A DNA stretch of 20,000 nucleotides. Source: an uncultured virus (IMG/VR IMGVR_UViG_2923146907_000004). Lineage: Duplodnaviria; Heunggongvirae; Uroviricota; Caudoviricetes. The first letter of the stretch is position 1. Every line of letters begins with the position of its first letter. The translations under genes were made by a program, and so were the position numbers. Location: the IMG/VR virus record IMGVR_UViG_2923146907_000004, one strand, 5' to 3'. Under the pieces are notes generated by a model that searched no databases, was not told the DNA's origin, and saw nothing but the letters and a program-made list of their open reading frames with translations. This document shows, piece after piece, positions 16,026 to 20,000 of this stretch.

Positions 16026-16536
16026 CCGCGTGCTGGTTGCCGCGCTGACCGTCAGCCTGGCCGGCTTCGGCGCCTGGATGAAGTCGGAGGACTTCAGCGC
16101 GAAACCATACGTGCCGACCAAGGGCGACGTGCCGACCATCGGCTACGGCTCCACCCGCTACGAAAGCGGCCAGCCCGTCAAGCTGACCGATCCGCCGATC
16201 ACCCGCCAGCGCGGCGAACAACTGGCGCGCAACCTGATGGCGAAGGACGAACAGCAGTTCCGCGACTCGCTGCCTGGCGTGAAGCTGTTCCAGGAGGAAT
16301 ACGACCTGTACCTGGATTTCACGGGGCAGTTCGGCATCACCAACTGGCGTGGCAGCTCGATGCGCCGCGACCTGCTGGCCGGCAACTACCGCCAGGCCTG
16401 TGATGACCTGCTGAAGTGGCGCAACCAGGGCGGGCGCGATTGCTCGCTGCCGAAGAACTGGGGGCCGCAGGGCTGCAAGGGCGTGTGGACGCGCCAACAG
16501 AAGCGGCATGCGCAGTGCATCGCCGCGCAGGAGTGA
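16009..16536 (+). CDS. Endolysin, GH24 (T4-lysozyme-like) with probable N-terminal SAR anchor
   Basis: Basic N-terminus and a weakly hydrophobic Ala/Gly-rich helix (VLVAALTVSLAGFGAW), then catalytic-region SEDFSAKPYVPTKGDVPTIGYGST. It also has YDLYLDFTGQFG, ACDDLLKW and GVWTRQQKR, and sits between holin and spanins. Confidence 0.9.
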   Translation: MSNSRNRVLVAALTVSLAGFGAWMKSEDFSAKPYVPTKGDVPTIGYGSTRYESGQPVKLTDPPITRQRGEQLARNLMAKDEQQFRDSLPGVKLFQEEYDLYLDFTGQFGITNWRGSSMRRDLLAGNYRQACDDLLKWRNQGGRDCSLPKNWGPQGCKGVWTRQQKRHAQCIAAQE

Positions 16537-16539
16537 CGC

Positions 16540-17061
16540 ATGGGTGCCATCAAGGAATGGATAGTCGGCGCGCTGCTGGCCTTGTTTGCCACGGCGCTGC
16601 TGGTCGGCCTGGGTTATCTCGGCGGACGTGTGTCGATGGTGCGCGAGTACGGTGAACTGGTCGGACAGATGAAGCGGCAGAACCGCGAGGCCGCCGACAA
16701 GCTGGCCGAGTTGACCGCTCAGCGCGACATGAAACAGGCGGCCCTGAACAAGCAGGCCGCCGACCAGGAAAGGAAGGATGCCGATGCTAAAGCTGAAATC
16801 GCTCGCCTTGCTGGTGAGCTGCGCGACCGCCCTGTGCGCGTGCGCATCGTCCCCGCCGCAGGTGGGGGCTGTAGTGGTGGCGCCGCAGGTGACGCAGCCG
16901 GCACCGCCGAAGCTGGTGCAGGAGACGCCGCCTCGGCCTACGGGCTACTACCGGAAGAAAATTCTCGACGCTTTAACGACTCCCTGAGCGAAGTCGAGAC
17001 CCTGAGCGCGGCCTACAATTCGTGTCGCGCCCGGTTGATTCCCCAAGAACCGACCCCGTAG
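16540..17061 (+). CDS. Rz: Inner-membrane spanin (Rz-like)
   Basis: Single N-terminal TM helix, coiled-coil periplasmic region and LRDRPVRVRI motif. It follows the endolysin and contains an embedded lipoprotein ORF. Confidence 0.85.
   Translation: MGAIKEWIVGALLALFATALLVGLGYLGGRVSMVREYGELVGQMKRQNREAADKLAELTAQRDMKQAALNKQAADQERKDADAKAEIARLAGELRDRPVRVRIVPAAGGGCSGGAAGDAAGTAEAGAGDAASAYGLLPEENSRRFNDSLSEVETLSAAYNSCRARLIPQEPTP
16778..16987 (+). CDS. Rz1: Outer-membrane spanin lipoprotein (Rz1-like), embedded in Rz in the +1 frame
   Basis: AGGAAAGGAAGG upstream. Signal peptide with lipobox (ALCA-C) and a Pro-rich mature region, entirely nested in the Rz gene as in lambda. The start may be 16778 or 16784. 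Confidence 0.8.
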   Translation: MPMLKLKSLALLVSCATALCACASSPPQVGAVVVAPQVTQPAPPKLVQETPPRPTGYYRKKILDALTTP

Positions 17062-17071
17062 GGAGGAAACC

Positions 17072-17665
17072 ATGGCCTACACCGCATATCGGGTGCTCAA
17101 GGCACCTATCGACCAGATCGAGCGCTTCATGACCGAGGCCATCGCCGATGGCTGGCAGCCGCTCGGTGCGCCTATCCTGCTTTACCCCGATGACAAGGCC
17201 GTCTACCAGGCTTTGGTCAAGGGCACGCCGGATGGTGGTGGCACCGGCCCTGTCACCATCGTGGTGGAGGACATCACTGACGCTTCTGTCATCGGCAAAT
17301 CTCTGCTGACGGCCGTCAACGAGGAAGACGGGCGTGCAGCAATCGGGGCCGGCACTTCTAATCTGCAGTTGGGCACTACCGCAACCACCGCCAAAGCGGG
17401 AAACTATGCGCCTGCCTGGGGGGATGTGACAGGGAAACCGGCTGTTATTGCGGCTGGTGCTGATGCCGCAACAGCAAGGGAGGCTATTGGCGCGGGAACA
17501 TCCAGCCTTGCGATCGGTACAACCGCTACTACCGCAGCGGCTGGCAACCACAACCATGCAATCGCCGAAGACGCTGGTAGTGGTCTGGCGGCAGCACCGA
17601 ATCTGCAAACTGCATTTATAGCGCTTTCCACCCGAATCAAGGCGCTGGAATCCGCAGCGCCATAA
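17072..17665 (+). CDS. DUF1737-like N-terminal domain fused to repeated AIGAGTS motif; possible virion fibre/decoration protein
   Basis: GGAGG RBS. N-terminal YRVL...EAIADGWQPLGAP...YQALVK. Two internal repeats (AAIGAGTSNLQLGTTATTAKAGN / EAIGAGTSSLAIGTTATTAAAGN) and a C-terminal short coiled coil LSTRIKALE. Confidence 0.65.
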   Translation: MAYTAYRVLKAPIDQIERFMTEAIADGWQPLGAPILLYPDDKAVYQALVKGTPDGGGTGPVTIVVEDITDASVIGKSLLTAVNEEDGRAAIGAGTSNLQLGTTATTAKAGNYAPAWGDVTGKPAVIAAGADAATAREAIGAGTSSLAIGTTATTAAAGNHNHAIAEDAGSGLAAAPNLQTAFIALSTRIKALESAAP

Positions 17666-17740
17666 GGTGTCGTCACAGCGCTGCATGGCTGATGCTGGTA
17701 CGCTTGATACGTACGGAGCTTCAACCAAAGGAAGTTGGTC

Positions 17741-18370
17741 ATGCAGCACCTCAAGGGTTTCTATCGAGCAACGGCCTCACTTGCCGTGCTCGCTTTGCTG
17801 TCTTTCCCTTCAGCCTCGGCAGCTCAGGTATACCGATGCGTCGATGCCGCTGGAAAGGTCACATTTTCGGATCAAGGTTGCGCGGGCGGTCACTCGTCCT
17901 CGGCCATTGATGTCGCCCCCGCGAACACCCTCGACAGCTCGCAGTACCGAAGTCCGTTGCCTCAACCTGAGGTGCCATATCGCGTTGCGCCTTCGGCGCG
18001 GTCTGGCGTTCAAGTCAACGTCGTCGGGGGCGACAACGATGCAGAACGTGAGCGGAAAAGGCTTTGCAAAGAGGCCTCGACGCCCTATCCCGGATCTCGT
18101 GGAGGGCTGACCTCTGCTCAGCTTGCCGCCGCCGCGCAGTTGTGCGCGGGTGTTTCAGTTCCTATGCCTGCTACACCCGCGCCGGCCGGTGGCAGTGCAA
18201 GGCGAGCACCGACGGCACCTGGAGCACCAGGCGTCCTTACCAGTTGTGATGACAGTGGGTGCTGGGACAGCAACGGGGCTAGGTACAACCGAGGCGCTGG
18301 AAATACTCACTTCCCGGCGAATGGTGGGCCAGCGTGTGAGCTTGTTGGCGGGAACATGGTGTGCCCCTGA
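17741..18370 (+). CDS. Secreted DUF4124-domain protein with Cys-rich C-terminus (moron)
   Basis: AAGGAAG RBS before ATG at 17741. Signal peptide ending SASAA, the characteristic QVYRCVDAAGKVTFSDQGC, Pro-rich linkers and a C-terminal CDDSGCWD...C...CP. Confidence 0.75.
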   Translation: MQHLKGFYRATASLAVLALLSFPSASAAQVYRCVDAAGKVTFSDQGCAGGHSSSAIDVAPANTLDSSQYRSPLPQPEVPYRVAPSARSGVQVNVVGGDNDAERERKRLCKEASTPYPGSRGGLTSAQLAAAAQLCAGVSVPMPATPAPAGGSARRAPTAPGAPGVLTSCDDSGCWDSNGARYNRGAGNTHFPANGGPACELVGGNMVCP

Positions 18371-18407
18371 AGTTGTAGACTACGGCCTTTTCCTACGGAG
18401 CAGGGCG

Positions 18408-18674
18408 ATGCTGGTGATTCGATTGGCGGGGAAGTGGACGTTAAAGCTGGACCGCCAGATAGGCAGTTCCGGCAAGCACGGGATATGGGCATTCCACTGC
18501 TCTGAAAGCACTTTCGCGCCGTCTTCGAACGACCTCCGGCGCACTGCGGCGATACTTCCAGCCGAGCCCAAAGAGGGCCAGGCAGTGGAAGTGTCGATCT
18601 GCGAAAGCCCGCACTCGCCGGATGGATGGATCGCCGTCGGCTCAGGCGTAGCAGCCTACGAAGCGGAGCGCTGA
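18408..18674 (+). CDS. Hypothetical prophage protein (88 aa, MLVIRLAGKWTLKLD...)
   Basis: GGAG RBS at 18397-18400 before ATG at 18408. It is the 3' part of ORF 18123..18674, has a globular composition and fills the gap between neighbouring genes. Confidence 0.7.
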   Translation: MLVIRLAGKWTLKLDRQIGSSGKHGIWAFHCSESTFAPSSNDLRRTAAILPAEPKEGQAVEVSICESPHSPDGWIAVGSGVAAYEAER

Positions 18675-18677
18675 AAG

Positions 18678-19190
18678 TCAGGCCCACCGCCATGGCCGGA
18701 AGTCGCTGGGGATCTGCTCGTCAAGCAGCAGCGTGCCGCCGGCGTCGAGTTCGATCACCAGGCCACGCACGACGCCGGCGCGCTCAAGCGCCTGGCCCAG
18801 GCGCAGATAGGTCATTCCATCCAGCGGATCCCGGCTGATGCAGCCCAGGCGCTGTCGCCCAGGAGCAGGCGCATGGTAGATCCCCTCGCTATCCACCGCC
18901 CCAACGACATTGCCGGCGTCGATCACGTCGTAGCAGCAGTCGGCGCAGTAGTGCGTCTCGCGCGTTATGCCGTGCTCGATCGCCCATGAGTACATGCCAA
19001 GTGCATCCGTGACCATATCGTGGCGGTCCTGCAGGCTCACTATTCCGCACTGGTAGAGCTCGTTTGCCTCGCCCACCAGGTACAGGTACTGCTCATTCGC
19101 GGCGTACAGCCATGCTGCGTGCTGACGTATCGCAGCGAGCCATCGTGTGACACGCTCGTGCTGGCGGCGGCGGGGGTCGGAGTAGGACAT
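18678..19190 (-). CDS. Hypothetical protein (170 aa), putatively SOS/LexA-regulated
   Basis: GGAG RBS upstream of the ATG and a LexA box 37 bp upstream. Helical N-terminal half and a beta-rich C-terminal half with HYCADCC. Confidence 0.8.
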   Translation of the reverse strand: MSYSDPRRRQHERVTRWLAAIRQHAAWLYAANEQYLYLVGEANELYQCGIVSLQDRHDMVTDALGMYSWAIEHGITRETHYCADCCYDVIDAGNVVGAVDSEGIYHAPAPGRQRLGCISRDPLDGMTYLRLGQALERAGVVRGLVIELDAGGTLLLDEQIPSDFRPWRWA

Positions 19191-19226
19191 GGGAATCTCC
19201 GGCAGTCGGGTGGGCCGGAAATTATG

Positions 19227-19242
19227 CTGTATGAATATACAG
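19227..19242 (-). promoter_or_regulatory. LexA (SOS) box CTGTATGAATATACAG
   Basis: Matches the gammaproteobacterial CTGT-N8-ACAG consensus with an AT-rich core. It abuts a CATAAT -10-like hexamer on the minus strand (19221-19226). Confidence 0.85.
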
Positions 19243-19350
19243 TGTATGTGACTGACCGACGAATGGATCGGTTCGGGGTCACCATGAAAACAGTCCCATG
19301 CAATAGCAGTTTCTGCGTGTTAAAGGTAGAATTTCGCAGCCAAAATGAAA

Positions 19351-19371
19351 TAGTACATTGACTAGTACATT
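19351..19371 (+). repeat. Tandem direct repeat TAGTACATT x2, probable integrase arm-type sites
   Basis: Copies at 19351-19359 and 19363-19371 (12-bp period), 60-80 bp inside the att core. Confidence 0.6.
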
Positions 19372-19402
19372 TTCCTTTTGATAAATTCATTTTAGCTTTA
19401 CA

Positions 19403-19415
19403 AATCAAGGTGTTA
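19403..19415 (+). promoter_or_regulatory. IHF binding site
   Basis: AATCAAGGTGTTA is an exact match to WATCAANNNNTTR, with an upstream AT-rich tract, and lies between the arm-like repeats and the att core. Confidence 0.75.
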
Positions 19416-19430
19416 GGCGCTCGGTTGGGT

Positions 19431-19447
19431 TCTCTCCGTCCGCACCA
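19431..19447 (+). repeat. attR core: duplicated 3' end of tRNA-Leu (TCTCTCCGTCCGCACCA)
   Basis: Ends in CCA and matches the T-stem/acceptor 3' strand I recall for Pseudomonas tRNA-Leu(TAG). The rest of the tRNA is absent upstream, and composition switches from AT-rich to host-like here. Confidence 0.85.
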
Positions 19448-19513
19448 CCTTCAGGCTCGGCTTGTCCGGCCGCTGCGGTTGAAGCCGGAACGTCCGGCAC
19501 GATTCACGATATG

Positions 19514-19589
19514 GTGGGCGTAGCTCAGTTGGTAGAGCACAGGATTGTGGCTCCTGGTGTCGTGGGTTCGATTCCCATCGTCCACCCCA
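19514..19589 (+). tRNA. tRNA-His (GTG)
   Basis: Cloverleaf with GTGGGCG/CGTCCAC acceptor stem, D-arm AGCTCAGTTGGTAGAGC, anticodon GTG at 19547-19549, GGTTCGATTCC T-loop and encoded CCA. G-1 is at 19513 with a C discriminator. Confidence 0.97.
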
Positions 19590-19595
19590 TATTTC

Positions 19596-19629
19596 GAAGC
19601 GCCAGGCCTTGTGCCTGGCGTTTTCGTTT
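19596..19629 (+). terminator. Rho-independent terminator after tRNA-His
   Basis: CGCCAGGC-cttgt-GCCTGGCG stem followed by TTTTCGTTT. Confidence 0.85.
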
Positions 19630-19778
19630 GCGCTTCACGATCTCTTCTCCGCTTGCCTTTCCGGTACCCAATCCGCCCTCATGGGCGCGACGGCAGGTTG
19701 AACTTGTTCCGGGTCCGGCGCTCTTAAGCGAGCCTGTCGTTCCTGGCGGGTCCGTATATGCAGTCTGGGTGAAGCGAC

Positions 19779-20000
19779 ATGTCGATGAAATGGACCGAGC
19801 AGCGCTTGCGCAAGGCTCTCAAGCAGATGGCGAACAATCATGAATCGGCTGCGGTCGAGGTCATGCGCGCCGTCGAGCGGGCGAACGATCCGAAGCTGGC
19901 GCAGCGCCTGCTCGAGGTGATCGAGCAGATGCACCAGGATGCCGATGCGCTGCGCTCCATCGACGACGAAATCGCCAGCGGCGTGATCCGTTGCCAATGA
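19779..20000 (+). CDS. Small helical hypothetical protein (host chromosome, 73 aa)
   Basis: Complete ORF with host-like codon usage and amphipathic helical sequence, outside the att site. Confidence 0.65.
   Translation: MSMKWTEQRLRKALKQMANNHESAAVEVMRAVERANDPKLAQRLLEVIEQMHQDADALRSIDDEIASGVIRCQ

Larger units (their letters stand above)
1..19447. mobile_element. Integrated prophage (right-hand part), temperate podovirus-like (F116/H66-like), inserted at the 3' end of a tRNA-Leu gene
   Basis: Virion/ejection genes, giant PLxRFG polyvalent protein and full lysis cassette, followed by a tRNA 3'-end fragment (att core), an IHF site and host tRNA-His. The left boundary lies outside the window. The phage group is assigned from recognition of gene content only. 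Confidence 0.9.

Noticed and set aside
17053..17063. ACCCCGTAGGG resembling the CCCCCTGTAGGG motif
   Set aside because: It is only a partial match and is explained by the Rz stop codon plus the next gene's RBS.
17330..17550. Repeated DNA suggesting a CRISPR or DGR-type repeat pair
   Set aside because: The repeats are degenerate at synonymous positions and conserved at protein level. There are no spacers, no adenine-specific mismatch pattern and no RT or cas gene in the window.
18123..18407. 5' extension of the 18123..18674 ORF
   Set aside because: It overlaps the DUF4124 gene. A clear RBS and ATG at 18408 define the likely real gene.
19400..19447. Possible complete tRNA-Leu gene
   Set aside because: Only the last 17 nt are present, with no D-arm, anticodon arm or TTCG loop upstream. 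It is treated as the att core.
19511..19843. 110-aa ORF beginning MVGVAQLVEHRIVAP
   Set aside because: It is a translation of the tRNA-His gene and its terminator.

Overview
This window is the right-hand end of an integrated temperate phage plus about 550 bp of host chromosome. The host is most consistent with Pseudomonas aeruginosa (GC-rich DNA, tRNA-Leu/tRNA-His context). The gene set resembles podovirus-like prophages of the F116/H66 type; this assignment is from recognition, not a search. In order, the window holds: a 5'-truncated coiled-coil virion protein; an AT-rich, reverse-oriented secreted four-cysteine moron; a 720-aa probable ejection/internal virion protein; a translationally coupled 3773-aa polyvalent protein (ParB-like, N6-adenine MTase, LPD23-like, two HExxH metallopeptidase motifs, LPD3-like, PLxRFG); a holin / SAR endolysin / Rz / embedded Rz1 lysis cassette; several accessory genes, one behind a LexA box; the attR region (arm-like repeats, IHF site, 17-bp tRNA-Leu 3'-end duplication); host tRNA-His with its terminator; and a small host ORF. 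The most striking observation is that the secreted moron ends in KKPWEEY, a near copy of the KPWEEF motif repeated twice at the N-terminus of the giant protein. This suggests superinfection exclusion by mimicry of an ejection-protein docking motif (hypothesis only).
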